Notes under the pieces: generated by a model
What the model was told of the DNA's origin: nothing
The model's input: only the letters and a program-made list of their open reading frames with translations
The model's database searches: none
Assembly (NCBI GenBank): GCA_963755715.1
Contig: CAVWLW010000044.1
Span: 1 to 64,000 of the forward strand
DNA length: 64,000 bases
Origin: an uncultured delta proteobacterium
Lineage (GTDB): Bacteria > Desulfobacterota > Binatia > UBA9968
Direction: 5' to 3'
Shown here: positions 20,590 through 31,237 of the stretch, one piece after another
Position numbering within the stretch: the first letter of the stretch is position 1
How the letters are laid out: each line of letters starts with the position of its first letter
Made by a program: the position numbers and the translations under genes

Positions 20590-21645
20590 CTACGGCATAC
20601 CCGGCGTGTTCACCCGAATCTTATAGATGCTCGTCCGCGCCGCGATATAGAGAGTCTTCCGGTCGGCATCGCCGAATTCGACGTTGGCGGCGAGCTCGGG
20701 CGTGAGAATCGTGCCCAGATGCTTGCCCTCCGGTGAAATAATCCAGACCCCACCGGCCGCCGTTTCGTAGAGGTTCCCCTTGCTGTCGACTCGCAGGCCG
20801 TCGGTAATGCCGGGAGTCGGGTCTTTGCTGATGTCGATGAACATCGTGCCGTTGACGAGCGTGCCGTCCGGCTGGACCTCGTAACGCTTGACGAACTTGT
20901 CGCGGCTGCCGTTGGCATAGAGATATTTTTCGTCCGGCGAAAAAGCGACTCCGTTCGTGTTTGGTATATCCGTGATCACCCGGCTCACCTTGCCGTTTCT
21001 GAGCATGTAAACCCCGCCGAAATCCAACTCCTTCTTCGGATCCTTTTCTCTGAGACGGAGGCCGCCGAATCCGTCGGTGAAATAGATCGAGCCGTCCTTC
21101 TTTACGACGACGTCGTTGGTGCCGCCGAAGCGCTTTCCTTCGTAGCGATCGGCAAGAACGCTGCGCTTGCCGTTGTTTTCGATGCGATCGATGGACCGGC
21201 CTGCCCACGTCGCAATGATGAGTCGACCCTGCCGGTCCAAGGCAAGCCCGTTCGACCCGATCATGGGGAATTCCTCGAAGAGTGGGTCGTTTCGATCCTT
21301 CCCGTTGGTCTGGATAAAACCGACGCGCCAAATGTCCTGACCCGTATAGCCGCTGTGGTCCAGATACACGGACAATTTGCCATCCGGCGTCCACTTGTAG
21401 ATCACGTTGGCGGGGATATCGCTAAACAGCAAATAGCCGCTCTTGCCTTTCTGAACCCACAGCGCTCCCTCGGTAAATCCAAAGCCGCCTTTCACCAATT
21501 CCAATTTGGCGTCGGGAGACACGAGCGCATCGAGGGCAGGATCCATTCTGACGACTGCTCTATCGCTCGGCTTTTGCGCGGTTGCCACGCGGACTCCTGT
21601 GATCGTGACGAACAAAATGACGACAGGCATCCATAATTTTTTCAT
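20590..21645 (-). CDS. SMP-30/gluconolactonase family protein
   Basis: GFGFTEG, LFSDIP, SNGL, NDVVV, NGVAFSPD, DGLRVD; signal peptide. Confidence 0.9.
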   Translation of the reverse strand: MKKLWMPVVILFVTITGVRVATAQKPSDRAVVRMDPALDALVSPDAKLELVKGGFGFTEGALWVQKGKSGYLLFSDIPANVIYKWTPDGKLSVYLDHSGYTGQDIWRVGFIQTNGKDRNDPLFEEFPMIGSNGLALDRQGRLIIATWAGRSIDRIENNGKRSVLADRYEGKRFGGTNDVVVKKDGSIYFTDGFGGLRLREKDPKKELDFGGVYMLRNGKVSRVITDIPNTNGVAFSPDEKYLYANGSRDKFVKRYEVQPDGTLVNGTMFIDISKDPTPGITDGLRVDSKGNLYETAAGGVWIISPEGKHLGTILTPELAANVEFGDADRKTLYIAARTSIYKIRVNTPGMP

Positions 21646-21732
21646 GGCGAAGCCTCCCTCAAACCAGATGTCCAGGACGAACGACGTTGCGACCGACATG
21701 ATAGCGGCTCTGGTCGTCGTTCTCCTCGGAAT

Positions 21733-21780
21733 TCCCGATTGCAGAATTCAGAATTGCAATCTGCGATCTACTATTTTGAG
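21733..21780. repeat. Degenerate heptamer repeat/inverted element
   Basis: gattgca-gaattca-gaattgc-aatctgc-gatctac. Confidence 0.45.
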
Positions 21781-21815
21781 ATGCCGGAGGTCAAGGCTTT
21801 CCCGAGCCGCTTTGT

Positions 21816-22812
21816 CTAGCGCCCGTCGTAAACTTTCGCGATAAAGCCTTCGCTCTCGAGCTCTGCGATCAGGCTCCGGTCGGTGAAGTCCTCCACCTTG
21901 AGTTGGTTGGTCTGCGGCACGGTGGCCGCGAGTTGCGTCAGCGCCACGCCCATCAACTTGGGATCGGGGATCGGAATTTTTTCGTGGACGGTTTTATAGA
22001 CTTCGAAGATCTTGTCGAGCACCGATCGATCGCTGGTCTTGAGAAACTTTTGCATTACCGAGACGGTATATTCTTTGTCGGTCTTCGCTGTCTTGATGCC
22101 CTCGATCCAGCCGCGCAAAAATCTTTTCACCGTGTCTCGCTTGGCCGCAAGAAAGGATTTGCTGACGATGATCGTGCTGCTCGGATAGTGGATCGGCAGT
22201 TGGCTGAAATCGATCAACTTATGAAATCCTAATTTCTCGGCTTCTAGAGCGGTATCACCGGTGACGATGGCGCCATCGACGGCGCCGACTTTGAGCGCAC
22301 CCAGCCGTTCGGGTAAGCCGCCTGATTGAATCACCGCGACGTCGCGGTCGGGAACTAAATTGTAGTGCCGCAACGCCGCGCGCAAGATCAAATCCGACAG
22401 TGAACCGTAGCGGTCGCCGCCGATCTTTTTATTTTTCAGCTCCTCCGGCCTTTTGATCGAGGCTGCGGGTCATGATGACGTGCAGCAAACGATTCGATGT
22501 CACGCCGACGGCGCTCAGTTCCGCGCCGCGCGCCCAGGCGGTCAGCGCTGGCGCCGAACTCATGTTGGCGATGTCCACTTGGCCGGACAAGATCGCCGGC
22601 ACGATCACGGAACCGGCGGAAATATAGATCAGCTGTACATCCAAGCCGTGCTTTTTGAAAAACCCTGCCTGATCCGCGATCCACAACGGCGCATAATTAG
22701 GCGACAGTGCTGCAAACGGAACTTTTAAACTTTGCGCTGCGGCGGGAACGCTATAAGCGCAAAGCCAGGCGATCGCCAATGCGAACCGAAGCTTCCACGC
22801 GCGCAGTCGCAT
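21816..22812 (-). CDS. NMT1/SsuA-type substrate-binding protein; frameshifted around 22410-22465
   Basis: APLWIADQAGFFKKHGLD in one frame; ERLGALKVGAVD and LIAELESEGF in another. Confidence 0.8.
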
Positions 22813-22825
22813 CGCCGGTAGAAGG

Positions 22826-23446
22826 TTAGCTGGCGGAAGCGCGCTGCAGAGGAATGCTTTCGGATACCAGCTTGAGATCATCGGAGTGTGAGACCGTAAC
22901 GTTAAAATTGTAGGCATTGGAGCGGAATTGATGGAGGGCAAATGGCTGCGATTGCGGATGGACGCCGTGGATGCAGTCTTCGGGCACGATGCTGTAGTAA
23001 TTCCTGATGTGGAAGCCAATGACCGCATGATAGACGCAATTACTCGATCCAATGCCGGTGACGACAATTTTATCCCGGCACGGCCGCAGGTCGAGCTTTT
23101 CCAGCGTCGCTTCCATGGAGGTTTTGTAGAAGCAGTCATGGGAGGTTTTCTGCACGACATTCTCACCGGGCAGCGGCTGTAGCTCCTCGACGAAATCCGC
23201 GCCCGGGCTGCCGAGCAGCAAGCCATACGGCCGTCCGAAGACCGTAAATTCAGGGTGATCTTTGGTGCGGACGGATTGAACGTGAATGATCTTTCCGTTC
23301 ACGGCGCGAAAGCGATCGAGCAGGCGGCGGATATTGCCGATGACGGGTTTCATGCCGGCCCCATGGCGCTCGCACCCTTCCACCTGCATATCGACAATGA
23401 CGAGACCCGTAGACTCCGGCTGCAATTCGATTTTCGCGTTGGCCAT
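22826..23446 (-). CDS. Isochorismatase/cysteine hydrolase
   Basis: Asp-Lys-Cys triad: VIVDMQ, VQKTSH, GIGSSNCV. Confidence 0.88.
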   Translation of the reverse strand: MANAKIELQPESTGLVIVDMQVEGCERHGAGMKPVIGNIRRLLDRFRAVNGKIIHVQSVRTKDHPEFTVFGRPYGLLLGSPGADFVEELQPLPGENVVQKTSHDCFYKTSMEATLEKLDLRPCRDKIVVTGIGSSNCVYHAVIGFHIRNYYSIVPEDCIHGVHPQSQPFALHQFRSNAYNFNVTVSHSDDLKLVSESIPLQRASAS

Positions 23447-23649
23447 GGGCGAATCCTCCGACACGTTAGTTTTCAAGCGACTATTTCATGGGCGTTTGCG
23501 AGTTGTCAATGTGAGCGATGCAAGACGGTCGAGCATGAGCCTCCACTTAATAGATTTCAGATCGATTGTGCTGAAATCACCAGCCTTTTCTACCCGCGTT
23601 TTATTCGAAAACGATCCTTCATCAAGTCTAGACGTGGTGCCGTCAACGG

Positions 23650-24957
23650 TCAGTCCCGCGCCGGTCCAACAAGCGGACGGATACCGACAACGCTGAAAAA
23701 AAGTCCCTGGATGGAAACCTCGTGGGCAGCTCTGACCTCGCGAAAACTTCGCGAGAGCAACAGGTAAAACGATACCCGGCAGACGCAAGAAAGCGCAAAC
23801 AGGCCGAGCAGACGATAGCCGAAAAACGGCGGCAAGCGCGCGGCGAAATAGCCGCCCAAGGAAGAACCCATAAAAAGCGCGAGACCATTGATGACATTGA
23901 AATAGGCGATGCAACGAACGCGCTTTTGCGGCGTCACCGCGTCATAGATGAAATTGCCGGCGCTGAGTGTCACTCCGCTCCACGAAAAGCCGGAAAAAAT
24001 TTGCACCAGCATGAGATAGGCGGGGTTGTGCGAAAAAAGCCAAAACATCGGAATCAGCGCGGCAAGAAACGAACTGAGCCGCAAGACTCTCACGTTGCCG
24101 ACAAGATCGGCGTGCCTGCCCCAGAGAGGCAGGGCGATCAGCGCGGCAAGCGAAGAGCAAACCTGGAGCGCCATGTAAGTCACGTAGCTCAATTGCAGAT
24201 CGCGCAGCATGAAGACGGCGAAAAAGGGAGCCGCCATATAGGTGGCGAAAGTCAGACAACCGCTAAAAACCACGAATTTGAGAAAATTGCTTTCCCGGAA
24301 GCGCCGCATGAACATAAGAAAAGTGAATTCACTGGCCGGATCTTTTTTATGCGGAGGCTCATCCATCCGGCTGATGAAATAAGCGGAGACAAATCGGGCC
24401 GCCGCGGCTAAAGAAAAAATAATCCAAAAACCCGTGGCGTAAGATATCTCGTGGAAAAAATTCAACAGCAATCCCGACGTGACGATGCTGCCGACGGTTA
24501 CCGTGCCCACGGTCCTGCTCCGCCATGCGAAATATCGTCCTCTCTTTTTCGCCGGCACGTAGTCGCTCATCAGGCTACCCCAGGCCGGTCCAGCCAAGCC
24601 GCCACACACGGCCGCGAGAATTAAGAAGATCAGCAATAGCTCCACTCGATAAGCAATCTCGAGCAACGGCAGCACGGCGATACAGAGAATGAACGACGCC
24701 TGGGAGAAAACTAAGCGCACCAATAGTTTAAGCCGGCCGCCGACCCAATAAATGACTCTGACGGAAAAGAACTGCGACAAAGAAGATAAAAGATTCGGCA
24801 AAGCTGTGATGAGACCGACCTGCTGTACGGTAGCGCCGAAAAAGAGCGCAGCGGGCGTTGCGTAGTAATCGGTAACGCCGGCCATAAAAGCGGCAAAGAT
24901 CCCATCCTTGAATGACGACCGGAGGCTTTCTCGAACGTTGACCTTTTTAAACCTCAT
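23650..24957 (-). CDS. MFS transporter
   Basis: About 12 TM segments; WGSLMSDYVPAKKRGRYF, WGRHADLVGN. Confidence 0.85.
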   Translation of the reverse strand: MRFKKVNVRESLRSSFKDGIFAAFMAGVTDYYATPAALFFGATVQQVGLITALPNLLSSLSQFFSVRVIYWVGGRLKLLVRLVFSQASFILCIAVLPLLEIAYRVELLLIFLILAAVCGGLAGPAWGSLMSDYVPAKKRGRYFAWRSRTVGTVTVGSIVTSGLLLNFFHEISYATGFWIIFSLAAAARFVSAYFISRMDEPPHKKDPASEFTFLMFMRRFRESNFLKFVVFSGCLTFATYMAAPFFAVFMLRDLQLSYVTYMALQVCSSLAALIALPLWGRHADLVGNVRVLRLSSFLAALIPMFWLFSHNPAYLMLVQIFSGFSWSGVTLSAGNFIYDAVTPQKRVRCIAYFNVINGLALFMGSSLGGYFAARLPPFFGYRLLGLFALSCVCRVSFYLLLSRSFREVRAAHEVSIQGLFFSVVGIRPLVGPARD

Positions 24958-25100
24958 GGTGACGGGACGAAAAGAAGAGGATGAGTTATTCTTGCGCGAA
25001 TTACCGGCGGTCACCGCAGGGGTCACGTTTGTTAATAGTTACCATTCGGAGCGAATATCAAACCGGCGTTCTTAAAAGCACGCCCCTATTGTGAGCCGCT

Positions 25101-25601
25101 TCAGGTCTTTTTCCTACGGAAATAAAAGAATAGGCCGCAATAGACAATAAACATAGTGCCGTAATTCGCCGCCATGAACCACGGCGTAGACCATGGAACA
25201 CCGTTCACGAACGGGGTTGGAAACGGCCAGAGGAAAGGCGTTGGAAAGTAGCTGGCGGCATGCGTTGGGATATCGCAGAGAATATGCAACAGCCAGGCGC
25301 CTAAAAGCCACGGCGGTTTCTTCATTAACTGCCAAAGCAAAAAGAAAGCGACGGCCCAGACGACAAGACTATGAGTGACGTTGTAAGCGTGAAACACGTA
25401 CGGCGGAAGTAGCGTCAGCGCCGGCGGCCCCGAGACTTTTCCCGCCAAACGCTCGGTGAACCATCCCGGGTGCGTAACGTGAAAAACGCCGAACGATAAG
25501 AGATCCGGCGCCATGCCGAGCAAAACTCCAGCGAAAAACTTCTTGCGGCCCTGCGCATAGAAAAGCGCACCGCCCCAAAGTCCATGGGCCATGACATCCA
25601 T
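25101..25601 (-). CDS. Membrane-bound metal-dependent hydrolase-like protein
   Basis: MDVMAHGLW, PDL, THSL, HILCDIPTH. Confidence 0.7.
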   Translation of the reverse strand: MDVMAHGLWGGALFYAQGRKKFFAGVLLGMAPDLLSFGVFHVTHPGWFTERLAGKVSGPPALTLLPPYVFHAYNVTHSLVVWAVAFFLLWQLMKKPPWLLGAWLLHILCDIPTHAASYFPTPFLWPFPTPFVNGVPWSTPWFMAANYGTMFIVYCGLFFYFRRKKT

Positions 25602-25954
25602 ACGAATTCAACAGCTAACAGTGTCAGAATCGACAGTCCAGAACTAAATCGCCGAAACGATTCAGATTCACAATCAAGCTGCGCTAAGCGTGCGCTCGCG
25701 CGATAGCCGCCGTGGCGATGCTTTCCCCTGATCATTGAATTCACCAACTTGACATTCACCTGGTCAGTGACATGCTTTTGGGAGGAGATTATCACCGATG
25801 CACGCGAGATCTCCTCCCACACACAGATCGCAGCAGTAAACTTTGGCTCTTAGCCATACGCAAACTTGTGTCTCAGCCTGAGCTTCATCTAACTTCCGAG
25901 TTTGTAAGGTTTTTGCGTCTTTCTTTGACTCAAACGAAAAGAAAGGAGAGACCG

Positions 25955-26876
25955 ATGGAAGAGAAAAGCAGCATATTTGAATCGGTAAAAAACAGCGTCG
26001 TCGGAACGATCAGGGGAACGGGTGATGTGGCAAAAGCGGTGGTGGATACGGTGAGCGGAACTCTGGCGCATACGATTAAGGGAACGGGCGCGGTGGGAAC
26101 GTCATTAATTGAAGCTGTTTCGGACGTAGGCCGCGCGGCGATTCGTGGAGTATCGGATATCGGCGGCGACGTGGGGTCGGCGGCGAAGAATGCCGTGGTC
26201 GGAACGCTGCGCGGGACTAAAGAAACCAGCGTGGAAGCGGCGGATACGATAAAGGCAGCCACCAGCAGCGTGATCAAAGAAACATCGGCGGTGGCCGGCG
26301 ACCTTGGCAACGCGGCAAAAGGCGCCATGCAAGGAGCGATAACCGGTGCGAAAGAAATCGGTCTGAATGCGACAGAGGCAACCGCTGCGGCGGCAAATGG
26401 CATCCTCAAATCAACCAGCGAAGTTCTTTCCGGCACCGGCAAAACGGGCGCGTCATCTGTTTGCGGCCTCTTCCGGCGTGATTCGCTCCGCCATTCAAGC
26501 CGTCGTCGACGTTGGCGGTGATGTCGGTTCGGGTGCCAAGGGAGTGGTTATCGGAGTCTTGCAAGGAACCAAAGCCAGCGGCAAAGAGGCTTTGCAGGCG
26601 ATCAGCGAGACCACGAGCAACGTTGTCAAAGAAACCTCGGATGTTACAGGCGACATCGCAAAAGCAGCGAAGGGCGCCGTGCAAGGCGCGATCGCAGGAG
26701 CGAAAGAGATCAGTTTGGATACCACGGAAGCGGCCTCAGCGGCGGCCACCGGCGCGCTGAAAGCGGCTGAACAGATCAGCTCAAAAGCAGCGCAACAAGT
26801 GCGCAAGGCGGTAACCGGAACAATCGCCGGTGTGAAAGTCGTGCTGAAGGAACCTTTCAAATCAAATAAATCCTGA
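25955..26876 (+). CDS. Ala/Gly/Thr/Val-rich protein with 22-aa amphipathic repeats; frameshift at ~26450
   Basis: AAGGAG RBS; repeats GDVGSAAKNAVVG, GDLGNAAKGAMQG, GDVGSGAKGVVIG, GDIAKAAKGAVQG. Confidence 0.78.
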
Positions 26877-27094
26877 ACCGATTGAGTTGGCGCGAAAAAC
26901 CCCTGCGTGTAGTGGGGTTCATTTTGACAGTTGCAATCCGGCGCGCGGCGAAGATGAAAATTCTTCTCCGCGCGCCTAGCTGTCCATAGCAGCAGCTATC
27001 TCCGCGAAGTCCAAACCGGCGAAGTAGCGTGATGCAACGCTTTGCGTTGTTTCGACGGGAGTGAAAAAATTTGCTCGCGCATGCGCGCTTGGCT

Positions 27095-27664
27095 TCAGCA
27101 CTTCCGGCAGATGAGATCGCCCTTTGGAAACGGCAGGAGCACGCAGTCTACTCGCGGATCGCTGTGCGCGCGTTCCAGCAACTCCTTCTGGTAGCGTGGC
27201 GATGTTACGTTGTCGACGACCAGCCAGCCCCCCGCCACCAGGCGTGGCACGATCAGTTCATAAATCTTGGCGTTATTTTCCGGCGGCTCGATATCGGAAA
27301 AACAAAACGCCAGCGGCTCAGACCGGCCGGCATAGTCGAACGCGTCGCCGTGAAAGACCTGGACAGAACCGTCGGCACCGGCCTGGGCGATGTTTGTCCG
27401 CGCTAGGGCGACCTTCTTTTCATCAAGATCTACGGTTGTAAGCGTGACCCCTTTTGCGCGCGCGGCCAAGGAAAGCCACAAACTTGAGTAGCCGCCGCTG
27501 CTGCCAAGCTCGAGAAACGCGCCCGGCGGCGCCGACAGTGCCAGCAGCGTGAGGATGCGCGCAACATCGCTGTCGACGCTGCGGAGCGATCGTTGATCGC
27601 GCTCCAATTGCTCTTCGAGAGCGCGCATCACCTGTTGCATCTGCGGTGAAATGTCATGAAACAC
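27095..27664 (-). CDS. Class I SAM-dependent O-methyltransferase
   Basis: FLELGSSGGYS, GGWLVVDN; GTG start overlaps the radical SAM stop. Confidence 0.85.
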   Translation of the reverse strand: MFHDISPQMQQVMRALEEQLERDQRSLRSVDSDVARILTLLALSAPPGAFLELGSSGGYSSLWLSLAARAKGVTLTTVDLDEKKVALARTNIAQAGADGSVQVFHGDAFDYAGRSEPLAFCFSDIEPPENNAKIYELIVPRLVAGGWLVVDNVTSPRYQKELLERAHSDPRVDCVLLPFPKGDLICRKC

Positions 27665-29066
27665 TGGCGGCTCCCGCAATGTTTTCGAATGGCACGCTGC
27701 GCCGGTTGATCTGTTCCTCGACATCCTCCGGAAATAAATTTTCCTTTATCATCGCGAAGTCGCCGTAGGCGCCATGCACCGGACCGAGCAGATTACGCTC
27801 GGCCAGGAGCCCCGGCTTGCGCGTGCCGAACTTCGGCAGCTTGTCGCGATATTTTTGGTAGAGCTCGTACCACGTGCGGGTCATCAGAATGTAATAGTCC
27901 AGAGGCACCGGCGGCTGCTCGGCTTCTTTGCACAGCGCGGTCGACGGTTCGCGCCGCCACTGCTGCGGCCGCGGAAAAATGCCGCGCGCCATCAAGTATT
28001 CGAATCCGGAAGTCATGGACTTGACCGCTTCCTCAACAGTCTTGAACCCATGCGGCCGCGCCATTTCGACGCCGGAGACAAAGCTCGGCTGCACCATGCC
28101 GTTGCCGAACACTTCGACCGCGTCTTCCATCCAGCGTACCCAGTTGTCCCAGCCGACGCGCTCGGCCTTGCCGGGATTGATCCACGGAAAGAGCGTCTTG
28201 TCCCACACCTCCATGTTGAAGTGGATGTGATCGGCGCCGGCGTCTTTATAGCGCTGCACTTCTTCGCGCGGCCGCGCGTTGACCTCGAAAGTGATGCGCG
28301 GCTTGGTTGCGATGTTCTTGATGGCGCGAATATACTCTTCGTAGAAATCCACCTCGCTCTTGCTATGCAGCGTTTTCGTGATGGTACCGCCGCTCAGCAC
28401 GAAATTTTGCCCGGCGCCGATCTTTTGCGCGTCGCCGGCGACGTGCTCGCATACCTTGACCACATCGGCCACCGACTTTACCGGCGCGTTCAAGGTGAAG
28501 TCGCGCGACAGCTTCATCTGGCGCGCGTTCTCATTGATATCGCAGAATTTACACTCTTCCTTGGCGCCCCAGTATTGGCAGTTGCGAAAGATCGTGATGA
28601 AGGAGCCGAAGGCGACAATCTCATGATAAGGCGTGCCGTCGGGCAAGTTCTTGAAATAGTAGTCCGGCGTTTTGGGAATCCGCACATGCGCCACCACTTG
28701 CCCATCCACGGTCAAGACGAGCCGGCCATCAACGACATCGATCAGGTAGGGCGAATAGGGCGAAAGCGAAGTCTGAATCGCCACCGGGCGCATGTCGTAC
28801 GGCCCGTTTAATAGAACGAAGTGCTCCGGCACGCGCCGATGCTCGTTTCTTTTGAACTCCGACATCGGCACGAGATCATAGGAGAATAGTCTATACGATT
28901 TGACCAGCGCGCCTGCCGACGCGTCGAGCGCGGCATCGCTGAACCAATGACCGAGACTCAGCATGTGTTGCTTGAGAATCGTTTCCTTGGGAACGTCCGG
29001 ATATTTCTTGAAATAGGATTCCAAAACGTCGAAGCTGGATTCGGTCGCCGTCGAGATATTACCCAT
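27654..29066 (-). CDS. Radical SAM protein with a CX8CX2C motif
   Basis: CQYWGAKEECKFC, LSGG, FNMEVWD...INPGK. Confidence 0.82.
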   Translation of the reverse strand: MGNISTATESSFDVLESYFKKYPDVPKETILKQHMLSLGHWFSDAALDASAGALVKSYRLFSYDLVPMSEFKRNEHRRVPEHFVLLNGPYDMRPVAIQTSLSPYSPYLIDVVDGRLVLTVDGQVVAHVRIPKTPDYYFKNLPDGTPYHEIVAFGSFITIFRNCQYWGAKEECKFCDINENARQMKLSRDFTLNAPVKSVADVVKVCEHVAGDAQKIGAGQNFVLSGGTITKTLHSKSEVDFYEEYIRAIKNIATKPRITFEVNARPREEVQRYKDAGADHIHFNMEVWDKTLFPWINPGKAERVGWDNWVRWMEDAVEVFGNGMVQPSFVSGVEMARPHGFKTVEEAVKSMTSGFEYLMARGIFPRPQQWRREPSTALCKEAEQPPVPLDYYILMTRTWYELYQKYRDKLPKFGTRKPGLLAERNLLGPVHGAYGDFAMIKENLFPEDVEEQINRRSVPFENIAGAASVS

Positions 29067-29116
29067 TCGCGGATCCTTTCGATCGCACATTCGTCGCAGC
29101 ACGCTTGCCGTCGTTG

Positions 29117-30232
29117 CTACTTCAAGATGGCTTGGGCAAACTTGGCCGCGGGTTCGCGGATCTTGTCGAGTTTTTCTTCCGACTGATTTTCGATCTGCAA
29201 ATAATCATTGACCGACATCACGTCTTTCGCCGCGATCGTGCCGGATTCTTTCAGAAAGCGGGTATCGACGTCGAGGCGCCGGGTCGCTTGACCGAGCGCT
29301 CTGGAAACTATTTCCTGTCCCTCGCGGCCCAACAGCCAATTGACGAAAACCTTGGTGCTGTTCGGGTGCGCCGGTCCTTTGATGATCGCCAGATTGCCGC
29401 TGCCGCCGGTGCCGTAGTTTCCCTCTTTGAGTCTAGGAAGACTCTTGATCGGCAATCCTGCTTTCAGAAAGGGCAAATAAGAATAATAGGAGTTGCCGAT
29501 CATGACGGCAACCCGCCCTCTGGCCAAACTTTCGGCAAGCACGCGTTGATCACGGCCGAGAAACAAATCCTGCGCCACGAGTTTTTTGAGATACTGTTCA
29601 CCTTTCACCTGCCACAGGAACGACCAGGTGGAGTCTCCGGCGCCGGGCGTGCGCGGGTCGAGATAGCCGATCTTGCCTTTCCATTTCGGGTTGAGAAAAT
29701 CGTCCAGCGAACGAATCTCGGCGGGCTTGACCAGTTCGGTATTGTACCAAATAACTTCCGAAAGATAGGCCTGAAACGTGTAAACGAAGCGTTTGGCGTT
29801 ATCGACCCATAGATGTCCGCCCCACCACTGTTTCGGATCCTTGACTTCGGGGAGCACCAGCCACGGCTCGATGGGATCGAGAATGCCCTCGTCCAGCATG
29901 CCCGAGACGATCGAAGAAGAGCCGCCGATGTGCAAATCGAAACTGCGCACGCCGGCTTTGAACTCGTCCGCCATGCGGCGCACCGCCGAACTGCCGCGCG
30001 CCGTGAAAGCTTCCACTTCGATGCCATAGCGTTTTTTGAATTGCTCCTCGACCTGTTTTTTCATCTCGGCGCTGGCCGGAAACGAGACCGTCACCTTGCC
30101 TTCCTTCTTCGCGGCATCGACCAACTTATCCCATTCCGCCGATCCGGTGGCTTTGCCGTCTTGGCCGTAGACCGCGGACACGAATATCAGGATCCAAATC
30201 AGGCCGACAGACAAAAAATTTCTCACGATCAT
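29117..30232 (-). CDS. ABC substrate-binding protein (Fe3+/thiamine/polyamine-like cluster)
   Basis: AAKKEGKV, YNTELV, LNPKWKGKI, HPNSTKVFVNWLLGREGQ. Confidence 0.85.
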   Translation of the reverse strand: MIVRNFLSVGLIWILIFVSAVYGQDGKATGSAEWDKLVDAAKKEGKVTVSFPASAEMKKQVEEQFKKRYGIEVEAFTARGSSAVRRMADEFKAGVRSFDLHIGGSSSIVSGMLDEGILDPIEPWLVLPEVKDPKQWWGGHLWVDNAKRFVYTFQAYLSEVIWYNTELVKPAEIRSLDDFLNPKWKGKIGYLDPRTPGAGDSTWSFLWQVKGEQYLKKLVAQDLFLGRDQRVLAESLARGRVAVMIGNSYYSYLPFLKAGLPIKSLPRLKEGNYGTGGSGNLAIIKGPAHPNSTKVFVNWLLGREGQEIVSRALGQATRRLDVDTRFLKESGTIAAKDVMSVNDYLQIENQSEEKLDKIREPAAKFAQAILK

Positions 30233-30689
30233 GATTTGGACTGGCAACCTGTCTCCATCGCACCGGCAAAAATTTCGCACAACGCCGTCGGCGCTCCGCT
30301 TCGTGGCAAATAGTCCTTTAAAGAGAAACATTCTATATGTCAACATGTTGGGCAGTAATTTTGAAATGAAGGGACGACGAAGTCCGTGCCCACTGCCGCG
30401 CGATTTTCCGCGCCACTTGCTCGAGCTTGGCTACAAACATATCGTGGCGACATCGCTCTAGTTTGATAAAACTCCCCTTACTGAAAGATGCTCTCTAATT
30501 CAAGCCGATCCCAGTCAGAGCCCGGACGCTCATCCAACAGCCCAACTTCGCGGATTATGTTGGGTTGCGCGCCAATCAATTTGACGTTGACAGACGGGAC
30601 GAGCCGGCGATATAGGGCGGCTGGCAGCCGAAACGTCTCAACTTCGCGTCCGATGCGGCGATAGACAATGCTCCCGCGTGCTAATTTCA

Positions 30690-31123
30690 AAGCCAAGGGT
30701 GAAGAGTTCGTCAAGAAGCTGAGAGAGCAGCAAATCAAACTTTATTCCATCGATGCGCCGGCGCTAGTCAACGTGATTGCCTCAGGCGAGATCGCCGCCT
30801 CGCCGGCAATCTTCGAGAGCCACACGGTGCTGGCGGCTTCGAAGGGCGCGGCGCTGGAGTGGGTGCCAATGGATTTGGTTCCGAACAACGTCGGCAGCGC
30901 GGCGATCGCCTTGAAACCGCCGCATCCTCATGCCGCGGTCTTGATGGCGGATCTGCTCTTGGGTCCGGACGGACAGAAGGTTCTGGAAAAATTCTATTAT
31001 GGTAGCGCAACAAAAAGCCGGCCGTTCAAGCGCTGGCGCCCGGAGCGGGGACTGACGACAGAGAAGTATGAGAAAGAAATCGACCACTGGGAAAAACTTT
31101 TAAAGCAAGTTGGCCGCAAGTAA
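30690..31123 (+). pseudogene. C-terminal fragment of an ABC substrate-binding protein
   Basis: KGEEFVKKL...PHPHAAVLMADLLLGPDGQ; no signal peptide or N-terminal half upstream. Confidence 0.65.
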
Positions 31124-31237
31124 CCTTTCGAACCGCCGTCACGATTGAGTCCAAAGCTTCCGCTTCCAGATCGATTTGACGGCAACTCATGATCGCCCTA
31201 TTTCGGTCGTGAGCTAATTCTGGCACTGGAGGCTGCG

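Noticed and set aside
16815-28811. Long antisense ORFs (e.g. 16815-17774, 18529-19500, 27774-28811)
   Set aside because: Shadow frames of well-supported genes in GC-rich DNA, with no motifs
30478-30738. Minus-strand ORF as a PIN toxin remnant
   Set aside because: Only a vague resemblance near SDWDRL; the catalytic acidic pattern is not supportable
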